64,000 bases of DNA from Ignavibacteriales bacterium (GCA_016218025.1 JACRFD010000038.1:136874-200873); one strand, 5' to 3'; shown: positions 8,999 through 18,837, counted from the first letter of the stretch. The notes: a model not told the origin generated them from the letters alone. Made by a program: numbers and translations.

Positions 8999-9532
8999 AT
9001 GTCGTTATCCCGATATCTCTCCGGAGCGATTATATTGGTAGTGCTTGTGTCTCTTTGCATTCTGGGATGCTCGTCCAATTCCAGCGCTCAAACAAAACAA
9101 CGCATCGGAATATTTGATTCGCGGTCTGTTGCCATCGTTTATGCAAATTCAAAATTCTTTAAAAGTCCGTATCCTGAAATCAAGAAGAGAATGGAAGCTG
9201 CTAAAGAAAAGAACGATACAAAAGAAATTGCAAAGATTGAATATGAAGCTAAGTTACATCAAGCAATTCTACACGATCAGGGATTTGGTAAAGGATCGGT
9301 GAATACGATCACCGATTTGTACAAAGATAAAATAGCGGCAATCGCAAAAGCAGAAAATCTAAGCGCAATAGTATCAAAATGGGAAGTTGTCTATTCTAAT
9401 CCGGACATTGAACTTGTAGATATCACAGACAAAATTGCTGCATTCTTTGAACCTTCGGATAAAATGAAAGAAACAATCAAAGAAGTTCCGCAACATGAAC
9501 CTGTGAAAGATGCGTTTTTTATAGATGATTAA
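8999..9532 (+). CDS. Hypothetical lipoprotein (Lys/Glu-rich helical, possibly OmpH/Skp-like)
   Basis: ORF from 8927, but ATG 8999 (MSLSRYLSGAIILVVLVSLCILGCSS) gives a proper lipoprotein signal with an RBS. Confidence 0.5.
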   Translation: MSLSRYLSGAIILVVLVSLCILGCSSNSSAQTKQRIGIFDSRSVAIVYANSKFFKSPYPEIKKRMEAAKEKNDTKEIAKIEYEAKLHQAILHDQGFGKGSVNTITDLYKDKIAAIAKAENLSAIVSKWEVVYSNPDIELVDITDKIAAFFEPSDKMKETIKEVPQHEPVKDAFFIDD

Positions 9533-9541
9533 GCAGATATA

Positions 9542-9603
9542 CTTCTGGAGACATACGAGGGATGGGTATGCCTCCGGAAGCAATAAATGCAGAATTTTTT
9601 TTT
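9542..9603 (+). terminator. Nested hairpin (cttctggag/ctccggaag with inner catac/gtatg) followed by a T9 run
   Basis: Inverted repeats read directly; U-tract 9594-9603 lies about 13 nt after the stem. Confidence 0.4.
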
Positions 9604-9656
9604 GCTAACACAAATCGTAAATTTTGCATTGTTAATTATATTTAAAGGAGAATGTT

Positions 9657-10325
9657 ATGAAATGCAAAAATATTTACCTGATAATTTCGGGATTAATTAT
9701 TTTTTTCATTGGTTGTGGTTCTAATGAATCTTATGTTCCATTAACAGCCAAACCAAATGAGAAGGGGAGCTTTACAGATACAAGAGATGGCAAAATTTAT
9801 AAGACTATAAAAATAGGTGACCAATGGATTATGGCTGAAAACTTGGCATATAAACCAGTCAATGGAAATTATTGGGCATATGATAATGACACAATGAATG
9901 TAGCAAAGTATGGTTATTTGTACGACTGGGAAACTGCAAAGCAAGTCGCGCCACAGGGCTGGCATTTACCGACCGAATCAGATTTCCTGACATTTCGAAA
10001 ATCGTTGGGCGGGAAAAGAGATCTATATAAATATTTGGGAGGCACTATGGAACTGGTTTATAAACAAATGGTGATTGGTGGATGTGGCTTTAATGCGTTA
10101 ATGGCTGGTGTTCGAAGAGGTGATGGCAAATTTTTTGGCTTGGGCGGACAAACAGATTTTTGGAGTTCAACTAAAACAAACAATGGACAATGTTTCTACA
10201 TATTAGATGCTAAGATAGATGGCAAACCACGTGGACTGCTGGATAGCAAAGAAGGTACCGCGGCTTTAGCAGACCAACAAGATAATGCAACATGGGGTAA
10301 AAGTGTCCGCTTATTCAAGGATTGA
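9657..10325 (+). CDS. Lipoprotein with Fibrobacter succinogenes major paralogous domain (Fib_succ_major, TIGR02145)
   Basis: DGKIYKTIKIGDQWIMAENLAY..YGYLYDWETAK..GWHLPTESDFLTF matches the TIGR02145 signature; signal plus Cys (FFIGCGS). Confidence 0.8.
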   Translation: MKCKNIYLIISGLIIFFIGCGSNESYVPLTAKPNEKGSFTDTRDGKIYKTIKIGDQWIMAENLAYKPVNGNYWAYDNDTMNVAKYGYLYDWETAKQVAPQGWHLPTESDFLTFRKSLGGKRDLYKYLGGTMELVYKQMVIGGCGFNALMAGVRRGDGKFFGLGGQTDFWSSTKTNNGQCFYILDAKIDGKPRGLLDSKEGTAALADQQDNATWGKSVRLFKD

Positions 10326-10373
10326 AAATTATCTGTCAGGAGAAGTTCTCTTCATTGCCCAAGAAGTTTAAAC

Positions 10374-10425
10374 GTGCGACTCACGTTCAGGGCAGATTCA
10401 AGGTTGGACGTGAGTCGCACTTTAA
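10374..10425 (+). terminator. 13-bp perfect inverted repeat gtgcgactcacgt / acgtgagtcgcac, then TTTAAAT
   Basis: Directly visible; sits immediately after the stop at 10325. Confidence 0.5.
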
Positions 10426-10519
10426 ATAAGGGGATTTGATTTCTTATTTTATTTATGATACATTCTCAGTGTGTTTTATACAAATATTCGGTAGAATAAT
10501 TAATTGTTAGGTATTTCCT

Positions 10520-11275
10520 ATGGCATATGAAAACCACGTAAATCGGCTCGCTTCATTGGAGACATTTGAGCCAAATGTATTCAAAGGTGATGAAAATGTT
10601 TCCCAAAATCTTTGTGATTTCATATTGGCACTTACATTAGCTTATAATGATCTACGTGATTTAACATTCGCTCGAATAATACTGAATGATATCAAATTAG
10701 ATGATGAACGAACTCTTACAACAAAACTCGGTTTTCATAGTGGACTTCGGAATACAATAACACGAATTCAAACGGGATTCATCCGTGAACTTCTGGTTCT
10801 AGTAGCTGAAAATAAAACTACCATAAATGAACCTTCATTTAAAACACTTGTTCAAAAACTCAGCAAAAAAGGCAAGAAATCATGGCTCTCCATTCAAACG
10901 GTTTCTTGTGAAAAAACTCCAAGCGATGCTTTGTCGAAAGCACTTATAATAATTCGTAATAAAGTTGCTTTCCATTATGATGCCACCCAACTAGGTAAAG
11001 CATATAAAGTTGCATTCTTGCAACCTTCTGAATATGGAAAGCCATTAGTTTCTCGTGGATCAGCAATGAGTGAGACTAGATTCTACTTTGCAGATGCTGC
11101 TGCCCAGCAGTATATTCGACAGAAAGCAACTGAGCAGATAGTATTAGATTTTTTGGATGGTCAAGGAACGCTTCTTGAGGATATTAACCAAGCTCTCTAT
11201 GAGCTTATTACAAAATTTATCAATTCACGCAGTGCATGGCAAAAGTATAAAACATGTATGGAACCAATCAGATAA
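10520..11275 (+). CDS. Orphan hypothetical cytoplasmic protein (no recognisable family; possible HEPN-like Rx5H motif)
   Basis: 251 aa, no signal or TM segments; motif IIRNKVAFHYD (R-x5-H); bracketed by a terminator upstream and the prfB promoter region downstream. Confidence 0.5.
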   Translation: MAYENHVNRLASLETFEPNVFKGDENVSQNLCDFILALTLAYNDLRDLTFARIILNDIKLDDERTLTTKLGFHSGLRNTITRIQTGFIRELLVLVAENKTTINEPSFKTLVQKLSKKGKKSWLSIQTVSCEKTPSDALSKALIIIRNKVAFHYDATQLGKAYKVAFLQPSEYGKPLVSRGSAMSETRFYFADAAAQQYIRQKATEQIVLDFLDGQGTLLEDINQALYELITKFINSRSAWQKYKTCMEPIR

Positions 11276-11380
11276 ATTTGTATATCTTATCATTTTGAAA
11301 ATCTTACCAAAATTTTGTTTTACGAGCTATTATGCGTAATTTGAGTCGGTGAAAATAATAAAATAGCATTGAATAATAAT

Positions 11381-12488
11381 ATGTTCGAAGACGTAAAAGA
11401 TAAATTAAAAGAACTTGAAGCAAAACTAACATCACTCCGGGGGTATCTTTGACCTTGACACAAAAGAAAAGGAAATAGCCGACCTCGAGGCGAAAGCCCA
11501 CGCTCCGAATTTCTGGAACGACAATATCGCCGCTCAGAAAGTAATGCAGCAAATAGATCGGCGAAAGCAATGGGTAAATTCGTGGACTTCCATCCAGCGT
11601 AAATTTCAAGACACCCAAACACTTTTAGAACTTGCTGTTGAATCGGCAGATGATTCTTTTGGGACTGAATTGCAAACTGAGGTTGCCGATATTGAAAAAC
11701 TACTTGATGACTTAGAGTTTCGCAACATGCTTAGCGGCGATGACGACGAGAAAAATTGTATCCTCACCGTTCATGCTGGCGCCGGCGGAACCGAGGCGCA
11801 AGATTGGACAGAAATGTTGATGCGTATGTATCTTCGCTGGTGCGAGCGAAAAGGATTTAAAACATTTCTATTGGATGAATTAGCAGGCGAAGGAGCCGGA
11901 TTGAAGAGCGCAACTATTGAAGTGCAGGGACAATTTGCTTTTGGATATTTGAAAGCAGAAAGCGGCGTGCATCGCTTAGTTCGCATTTCACCATTCGATT
12001 CGAATGCTCGTCGCCATACTTCGTTCTCATCAATTTTTGTCTATCCTGAAATCGAAGATGACGTTGAAATCGAGATCAATCCTGCCGACCTTGATATCGG
12101 TACATATCGCGCCGGTGGTAAGGGGGGACAGAACGTGAACAAGGTTGAAACTGCAGTTCGCATCAAGCATATCCCAAGCGGCGTAGTGGTTGCTTGTCAG
12201 CAGGAACGTTCACAATTCCAAAACAAAGAACGCGCGCTGAAAATGCTGAAGTCACGTCTTTATCAATTACGTAAAGAAGAGGAAGAAGCGAGGCTTGCCA
12301 CAATTGAAAGCACGAAAAAGAAAATCGAGTGGGGGAGCCAGATTCGCTCTTACGTTTTTCATCCGTACAATATGGTTAAAGATCATAGAACAGATGTTGA
12401 GACGAGTAACACTCAAGGTGTGATGGATGGAGATTTGGATCAGTTTATAAAAGCATTTTTAATGGAATATGGGAAACAAACACACTAG
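11381..12488 (+). CDS. prfB: Peptide chain release factor 2, with programmed +1 ribosomal frameshift at CUU UGA C (11447-11453)
   Basis: Frame-2 [26 protein letters not shown] stops at TGA 11450-11452. It is preceded by the SD-like GGGGG and followed in the +1 frame by the RF2 body with SPF and GGQ motifs. ccgggggtatctttgac is identical to the E. coli prfB shift site. Confidence 0.93.
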
Positions 12489-12493
12489 CAATA

Positions 12494-12528
12494 GATTTCG
12501 GATTTCGGATTTCGGATTTCGGATTTTT
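12494..12528 (+). repeat. Microsatellite (GATTTCG) x4.7
   Basis: gatttcggatttcggatttcggatttcggattttt between the prfB stop and the lolE-like TTG start. Confidence 0.9.
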
Positions 12529-12542
12529 AAGGTTGGTTTGTA

Positions 12543-13754
12543 TTGAACACCGCCTGGTTTATAGCAAAACGTTACTTGGAGTCGCACAGGCGAAACGGAT
12601 TTCTTTCCTTCATTACATCGATTGCGATAATTGGAGTAATGCTCGGTACTGCGGCTCTGATCATAACTCTGACAGTTCTTGATGGCTTTGAAAAAGAAAT
12701 CAAAGATAAGGTTATTGCTTTCACTTCTCATATCGAAGTCCGCGGATATCAAAACATTCCCGTTACGAATTACAAAGAATCGATTCAAAAAGTAAAACAT
12801 CAAATTGCCGGTGTTGAAGATATTGCACCATTCGCTGCGCGTGAAGGAATGATTCGTTCTTCTGAATCAATAGATGGAATATTTTTAAAAGGTATTGATC
12901 CTGCATCGCAAGTACTGACTTCACATCAGCATATTATTTCAGGAAGATATATTGATGTTGCCAGGCGAGATAAACCGCAGATAGTGATAGGAAAAAAACT
13001 CGCTAATAGGCTGAATGTGAATGTTGGTGATAAACTTGTGGTCTTCGCGTTGCCTCAGTCGAAGGGTTTACAACCGCTGGCAAAGCAATTTGAGTTGGTT
13101 GGGATTTATGAGTCGGGTATGGCTGAGTTCGACGATATCAACGCTTACACAAATATGGCAGACGCCCAGCAACTATTTCAAATGGGAGAAAATATCTCCG
13201 GCTATGATATTACAGTACACGATATTACAAAAGTGGATGAGGTGGCGGCGCAAGTGCAATCACTTCTCGGTTATCCGCATTATGCGCGTACTGTTTTTCA
13301 ACTCTATCGCAATCTGTTTTCCTGGGTCGAGCTTCAGAAGAAAATGTCGCCAATTCTATTAAGTTTGATAATAATGGTAGCCACAGTGAATATCATCGGT
13401 ACGCTGCTAATGTTTGTTCTCGAAAAAACTCACGCTATCGGTATACTGAAATCACTTGGCGCCGGTCCGAAATTAGTGAAGAACATTTTCCGTTTACAGG
13501 GATTACTCATCTCTATTATAGGAATATCACTCGGTAATTTGCTGGCATTCGTTATATGCTGGCTTCAACTGAAATTCAAAATATTATCTTTGCCATCCGA
13601 CATATATTATATGGATACGGTTCCGATGATGTTGCGATGGGAAAATTTTGTTTTTGTATCGCTCGTTGCATTGCTGCTTTGCATGTTGACGACAATCCTC
13701 CCTTCACGCTCTGCATCAAAACTTGATTCCGTAACAGCGTTGAGGTTCGGGTGA
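12543..13754 (+). CDS. lolE: Lipoprotein-releasing system permease (LolC/LolE, FtsX family)
   Basis: 403 aa; N-terminal IAKRYLESHRRNGFLSFITSIAIIGVMLG, MacB-like periplasmic domain, C-terminal FtsX helices; TTG start. Confidence 0.8.
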   Translation: MNTAWFIAKRYLESHRRNGFLSFITSIAIIGVMLGTAALIITLTVLDGFEKEIKDKVIAFTSHIEVRGYQNIPVTNYKESIQKVKHQIAGVEDIAPFAAREGMIRSSESIDGIFLKGIDPASQVLTSHQHIISGRYIDVARRDKPQIVIGKKLANRLNVNVGDKLVVFALPQSKGLQPLAKQFELVGIYESGMAEFDDINAYTNMADAQQLFQMGENISGYDITVHDITKVDEVAAQVQSLLGYPHYARTVFQLYRNLFSWVELQKKMSPILLSLIIMVATVNIIGTLLMFVLEKTHAIGILKSLGAGPKLVKNIFRLQGLLISIIGISLGNLLAFVICWLQLKFKILSLPSDIYYMDTVPMMLRWENFVFVSLVALLLCMLTTILPSRSASKLDSVTALRFG

Positions 13755-14989
13755 TGGTAAATCGTGTTGAGATATTAATTGCCCTGCGGTATCTTCGTTC
13801 AAAGCGGAAAATCCGTTTCATCAACATTATCGGTTATATATCGATTGTCGGAATTACCATTGGGGTTGCGGCGTTGTTGATTGCCCTTTCTGTATTCAAT
13901 GGATTCAGCGGTGTTGTTACATCAGTTCTGGTGGGTTTCGATCCACACATCCGAATTGAAAAACGAGGGAACATTTCCTCAGAGGAATATAATAAAATTC
14001 AATTAATCCTGAAGAATAATCCCGACCTTTTAGCATATTCTCCTTTTGTTTCGGGCAAGGCAATGTTGACCACTGAATCGTTCAACAAAGTGGTCTTTAT
14101 CCGTGGTGTAGATGAAACAGGAATAGGTAATGTAACCGGATTGAAAAATAAAATTGTTCTTGGTAATTTAAAATTTGAAGAAAAAGACGGTACGCCCGGA
14201 ATAATTATCGGCTTAACACTTGCCGACCGTCTTGCATCGATACTTGGAAATGAGATAGTGGTTTACAGTCCGAACAGTGTTCAAACAGCGCTTACAGGCG
14301 TCAATATTCCCGAAGGATCAAAATTTCATGTCGCGGGAATATATGAATCTAATAACCGCGAGTACGACGGAAGCTATGCATACATTTCTCTTCTTGAAGC
14401 ACAGAGAATGTTCGGTTTGGTTGATAAGTATAACGGCGTAGAAATTCGCTTGCATGATTTCAACAAAGCCGATCAGGTAAAAAGTGTTTTGACAAATCAG
14501 CTTTCAAACGAATACTCGGTTTCAACATGGTATGATTTGCATAAGAATTTATATTCTGTAATGCAAATTGAACGGTGGGCGGCTTACATTTTGTTAAGCA
14601 TAATAATTCTTGTGGCAACATTCAACATGCTTGGCTCGTTAACAATGGGTGTTCTTGAAAAGCAACGCGATATAAGCGTACTTAAGGCGATGGGAATGAA
14701 TTCGAAAAATATTATTCGTTTGTTCATGTTCGAAGGATTGGTTATCGGAGTTCTCGGCACATTGCTTGGCATCGTAATCGGGCTTGTTGTTCTATATTTG
14801 CAAGTTCACTATCAGATCTTTCCGCTTGATACTTCTGTTTACATTATCCCTGCTATACCGGTTGATATTCAATGGACCGATTTCGTATCTATAACTATCG
14901 CATCATTAGGACTGTCTTTTTTTGCCGCATATTATCCGGCACGCAAGGCAGCTGCAACTTTACCGTCGGAAGGGTTGAGATGGGAATGA
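13754..14989 (+). CDS. Second LolC/LolE-family FtsX permease
   Basis: 412 aa; ALRYLRSKRKIRFINIIGYISIVGITIG; ATGA overlap with the upstream gene. Confidence 0.8.
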   Translation: MVNRVEILIALRYLRSKRKIRFINIIGYISIVGITIGVAALLIALSVFNGFSGVVTSVLVGFDPHIRIEKRGNISSEEYNKIQLILKNNPDLLAYSPFVSGKAMLTTESFNKVVFIRGVDETGIGNVTGLKNKIVLGNLKFEEKDGTPGIIIGLTLADRLASILGNEIVVYSPNSVQTALTGVNIPEGSKFHVAGIYESNNREYDGSYAYISLLEAQRMFGLVDKYNGVEIRLHDFNKADQVKSVLTNQLSNEYSVSTWYDLHKNLYSVMQIERWAAYILLSIIILVATFNMLGSLTMGVLEKQRDISVLKAMGMNSKNIIRLFMFEGLVIGVLGTLLGIVIGLVVLYLQVHYQIFPLDTSVYIIPAIPVDIQWTDFVSITIASLGLSFFAAYYPARKAAATLPSEGLRWE

Positions 14990-15675
14990 ATAATTTAATT
15001 TTGCATTGCAAAGAAATCTACAAAAGTTATCTCATCGATGAAAAAAAATCATCTCGTTTGGAAGTTCTTAAAGGGATAGACTTTCAAGTGTACGAAGAAG
15101 AGATTGTAACGATTGTTGGTGCATCCGGCTCGGGGAAAAGCACTTTACTTCATATCCTTGGAGGATTGGATAACCCAACAAGCGGAAAAGTATTCTGGCA
15201 TGATAAGGATATTTCATCTTTCAACGATGAAACAATTGCCAAGAGACGTACTGAAAATATCGGATTCATTTTTCAATTTCATCACCTGCTACCGGAATTT
15301 TCAGCAATTGAAAATGTTGTTATACCATTAATGATCGCAGGGATGAATTTAATTGACGCAAGAAAGAAAGCGGTTGAGTTGTTGAATAAAGTCGGGATGG
15401 CGCACAGAGAAGAGCATAAACCGACCGAATTATCTGGAGGTGAACAGCAAAGGGTTGCCGTTGCGCGGGCGCTTGCAAACAAACCTAAGCTCGTTTTGGC
15501 GGACGAGCCTACAGGTAATCTCGACTCGGCAAACGGTGAACAGCTTCATGAGTTGTTATTAGCATTGAACAATACCGAGAAACAATCGTTCGTAATTGTA
15601 ACACATAATGATCGATTCGCGAAGCAGTCTGACCGTAATTTTATGATGACCGACGGTAAGCTTTTACAAATTTGA
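14980..15675 (+). CDS. lolD: Lipoprotein-releasing system ATP-binding protein
   Basis: Walker [10 protein letters not shown], signature [15 protein letters not shown], Walker [13 protein letters not shown]; the ORF track's longer frame starts inside lolE, so ATG 14980 with RBS GGAAGG is used. Confidence 0.85.
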   Translation: MGMNNLILHCKEIYKSYLIDEKKSSRLEVLKGIDFQVYEEEIVTIVGASGSGKSTLLHILGGLDNPTSGKVFWHDKDISSFNDETIAKRRTENIGFIFQFHHLLPEFSAIENVVIPLMIAGMNLIDARKKAVELLNKVGMAHREEHKPTELSGGEQQRVAVARALANKPKLVLADEPTGNLDSANGEQLHELLLALNNTEKQSFVIVTHNDRFAKQSDRNFMMTDGKLLQI

Positions 15676-15728
15676 GTAATTGATACTTTTTCACTACATT
15701 ACTTCCAACATTTTAGGAAATAGGCTGT

Positions 15729-16004
15729 ATGGCAAAAATTGAAAAGTCAAAACTAACAAAAAAATCTAAACTCGATGATATTCTTCCTCTGGAAAGAGAA
15801 AATTACATAATTTTAGGAGTTGGTTTGCTGGTGATTATCCTCGGCTATATTGCTCTTTCAGGAAATCAAGTCGAAGGATTTTCGCAATTAACACTCGCAC
15901 CTATTTTATTAGTGCTCGGTTACTGTGTAATAATTCCGGTGGGCATCATGTATCGAAAGAAAGAAAAAATAAAAGATCAACCGGTGGAACCGATACAGCA
16001 ATAA
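15729..16004 (+). CDS. Small two-helix membrane protein (DUF3098-like)
   Basis: 91 aa with two hydrophobic helices. Confidence 0.45.
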   Translation: MAKIEKSKLTKKSKLDDILPLERENYIILGVGLLVIILGYIALSGNQVEGFSQLTLAPILLVLGYCVIIPVGIMYRKKEKIKDQPVEPIQQ

Positions 16005-16025
16005 CTAAAAAATAATATTCAGATA

Positions 16026-16066
16026 TGGTATATCGCTATTAAATTAGCGTTATGCCATTTTTTTTT
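16026..16066 (+). terminator. Imperfect hairpin tggtatatcgcta..tagcgttatgcca followed by T9
   Basis: Read from sequence; lies between convergent genes. Confidence 0.45.
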
Positions 16067-16436
16067 AATGTGAACCAAGAGTTTTAATAACTACGTGAAG
16101 TAATTCTTCCGGATCATACGGCTTTGAAATATAATCTTTAGCGCCTAATCTCACGCACTCGAGTGCGGTGGGAACATCGTTGACAGCCGTCAGCATAATA
16201 ATAACGGGAAGGCGGTTAGTTTTTTTCAATTCTCTAAGAACAGTTATGCCATCCATTTTTGGCATCTTCATATCGAGCAAAACAATATCATAATTGTTAG
16301 ATTTAAGCTTTTGGAGTGCAATATCTCCATCTTCGGCAGTATCTACATCAAAATCTTCATTTATAAATTGATCTCTTAAATTGTTGCGAAGGTCTGCGTT
16401 ATCATCAACACAAAGCATTTTCATGTGAGGTGGCAT
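16065..16436 (-). CDS. Single-domain response regulator (CheY-like receiver)
   Basis: 123 aa; DD...D57-type receiver (VLLDMKMPKMDG), K at GAKDYISKP. Confidence 0.8.
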   Translation of the reverse strand: MPPHMKMLCVDDNADLRNNLRDQFINEDFDVDTAEDGDIALQKLKSNNYDIVLLDMKMPKMDGITVLRELKKTNRLPVIIMLTAVNDVPTALECVRLGAKDYISKPYDPEELLHVVIKTLGSH

Positions 16437-16542
16437 TGTTGTTCCTTATAAGCTGCGGTTAAAAGAGTATAAAAATGTACGAAAGGAACAAGGCAATGTC
16501 AAATGTTTTTTACGAAAAATTTAAAATTCAGACAGAAAAAAC

Positions 16543-16571
16543 TTGACTCTTGCACTTGCATTGGCTATATT
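16543..16571 (+). promoter_or_regulatory. Sigma-70-type promoter TTGACT-17-TATATT
   Basis: ttgact cttgcacttgcattggc tatatt, about 28 nt upstream of ATG 16599. Confidence 0.5.
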
Positions 16572-16598
16572 TCCAAAGCTAATAAGGGGTTAAATAAA

Positions 16599-16991
16599 AT
16601 GGCAGTTGAGAATAAAACATCTAGAAGAATATTATTAGTCGATGATGAAGTCGGTTTTGCTGAGCTTCTTCGCGATCTTCTATCTATGGATAACTACACG
16701 GTTGAAGTAGCCAACGATGGACAAGAAGGTCTAGAGAAGGTTGAAATTTTCAAACCCGATATTATTATTTCAGATGTTGTAATGCCTCGGATGAGCGGCT
16801 TCGAGATGTTTAAGAAAGTCAAATCGAACAGCGCTACCGCAAACATTCCGTTTTTATTCATTACCGGATTTCAGGATGATCGTGTCTTAGCTGAAGCACG
16901 AAAGATTGGAATTTTTGGAATACTAAGAAAACCGATCGATGTAGAACAAATCGAACTTCGATTAGAGGATCTTCTCTCGAAAAGATTATGA
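16599..16991 (+). CDS. Single-domain response regulator (receiver only)
   Basis: ATG 16599 (MAVENKTSRRILLVDDEVGF...IIISDVVMPRMSGFE) with RBS AAGGGG; the ORF track's earlier start is less likely. Confidence 0.8.
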   Translation: MAVENKTSRRILLVDDEVGFAELLRDLLSMDNYTVEVANDGQEGLEKVEIFKPDIIISDVVMPRMSGFEMFKKVKSNSATANIPFLFITGFQDDRVLAEARKIGIFGILRKPIDVEQIELRLEDLLSKRL

Positions 16992-18704
16992 CCGATAAAT
17001 GAGAAGTTGAATTTCTTCGGGCAGTAGCTCGGAAACAGTTCGAATCACATCACCCCTCAAAGCTTTGTCAACTAGACTTCTTTGCGTTGCGCCAAGTATT
17101 AAGCGGTCAACGGCGAGCGTAGCTGCATGTTCGGCAATGGTGTAACCAACTTCGTTTGATAATACACTTACCACTTTAAATGGAATCTGATACTCTTTAC
17201 AGATATCTGCCATCCATTCATTATTTACAAATGATTCAGCAGCAATGTGCTCTGGCAGAGATCCCGAGACGGCAATTTCTTTTATATTCAAAACAAAGAG
17301 AAATGAATTCTTAAGTTTTGCATCTTCACATGCCTGACGCAATAATTTTTGTCCGCCTCCACGCACAGCAACAAGCATTCGAGAAGTAAACGATGCAACT
17401 TCGGGTCGTGGAAAACCGGTTGAAGGTGTAAATGCAACTGGTACTGGAACGGGAACAGTGACTACACGTCGTCTACGCGCGATTTCTCGTGCCCCGAGTC
17501 CAATAAATAAAACGCTTATTGCAAATATCAATGCTTTGGTTTTTTCAATGGCAATTGTGGTTTCAACTAAAATCAGAACAATTGTTGAAAATATCATGAA
17601 TATTCTAGTCCAGACACCTATTTTGAGCGTCTTATCGGTTCCGGTTGAGCCAACATTGATCATGATCGCTCCAACAACACCAATTGCATAAAGAGATGAC
17701 AAAGTGATTACATCATTAACTAAAATCAGAACAATTATTGGCAATACTGTGGCAATAAGGAGCGGAACAATTGGTACACCATATTTATTTAATTTTTTTA
17801 AACTGTCCGGTAATTCACCGTCAACAGCCATAATAAATTGGATTGAAGTTAAAGCATTTATTGCAGTGTTACCGGCTGATATAAGTAAAAATCCCAAAAC
17901 GAATCCAATTATTGGTCCGAACCAATTTCCAACATAAATAGTGCCGAGATAACGAATCATTTCTTCTTTATGCTCAATGCGATCCAGGTTCGGGATTGCA
18001 TTCATTGCAAAGCCCAATACTACAGTCACCAACGATATTTTAGCAAGAACAGTAAGGATTGCTCTTCGTGAACTGCGGGAAGGATCTTTCATTACACCCG
18101 TCATGTTTGAAATTGATTCGATGCCGGAAATCGATAAGATTATTGCAACAAAAAAACTCCAGTTCGTCATAAATCCTCCCGGATCCGGGGCAAGATTTAT
18201 ATTAGTTGTTGCCGATGGAAAAGCGAAAGCCACAAGCACAACTAAAGCAGCCATTGTTGCAGTTGAAATTATAGTTGCGAAATTTCCCGCATGTCTTGGA
18301 CCAAACCAATTTAGAAACCCTATAGAGGCAATAATTCCTATTGCCCACAAATGTGGATTTCCAAGTGCAAGATAATGACATCCATCAAGGACGGATAAAG
18401 ATGCGGTGACCACAAAGTCGGCACCCAGCATTAAGGCACCAATCACAGCCAAAATTTTTGATCGATGGCTTACAGAGCTATAAACTCCGCCACCGTTCGG
18501 ATATAGTCTGCAGATCGTGATATAATTAAATGCAATAAGGACGGTGAAGCTAAGCATCATCATAAGATGAATATTGCTATGATAGCCAGCATGGAAAAAA
18601 GCTATGCCTAACACATAGGCTATGCTTGTTCCCCAATCACCATCAAGTAATGCCGCGCTGCGGAGCCACCCCAAAACTCGGGGCCGGCTTGTGGAAAGTT
18701 CCAT
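16986..18704 (-). CDS. APC-family amino-acid permease fused to a C-terminal universal stress protein (UspA) domain
   Basis: 572 aa; about 12 TM helices, then a PV-repeat linker (TVPVPVPVAF) and a Usp-like alpha/beta domain (LVAVRGGGQKLLRQACEDAK...DRLILGATQRS). Confidence 0.7.
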   Translation of the reverse strand: MELSTSRPRVLGWLRSAALLDGDWGTSIAYVLGIAFFHAGYHSNIHLMMMLSFTVLIAFNYITICRLYPNGGGVYSSVSHRSKILAVIGALMLGADFVVTASLSVLDGCHYLALGNPHLWAIGIIASIGFLNWFGPRHAGNFATIISTATMAALVVLVAFAFPSATTNINLAPDPGGFMTNWSFFVAIILSISGIESISNMTGVMKDPSRSSRRAILTVLAKISLVTVVLGFAMNAIPNLDRIEHKEEMIRYLGTIYVGNWFGPIIGFVLGFLLISAGNTAINALTSIQFIMAVDGELPDSLKKLNKYGVPIVPLLIATVLPIIVLILVNDVITLSSLYAIGVVGAIMINVGSTGTDKTLKIGVWTRIFMIFSTIVLILVETTIAIEKTKALIFAISVLFIGLGAREIARRRRVVTVPVPVPVAFTPSTGFPRPEVASFTSRMLVAVRGGGQKLLRQACEDAKLKNSFLFVLNIKEIAVSGSLPEHIAAESFVNNEWMADICKEYQIPFKVVSVLSNEVGYTIAEHAATLAVDRLILGATQRSLVDKALRGDVIRTVSELLPEEIQLLIYRS

Positions 18705-18837
18705 AAATTAAATGTATTTCGAAGTATTTTCCATTGTAGCAGGTTGATTATAATAAGAATTATTACCAAAATCAAAATATATATCATTTTATCCGGTTGA
18801 AAATCCCATACTTTCTAGATATATTATTCACATCAAT

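Noticed and set aside
11544-12488. ORF-track start at 11544 for the RF2 body
   Set aside because: Homology to RF2 extends upstream in the same frame to 11451, and the canonical frameshift site joins it to the ATG at 11381.
14872-14979. Extended N-terminus of the lolD ORF
   Set aside because: Lies inside the preceding lolE-like gene; ATG 14980 has a GGAAGG RBS and gives a normal ABC ATPase N-terminus.
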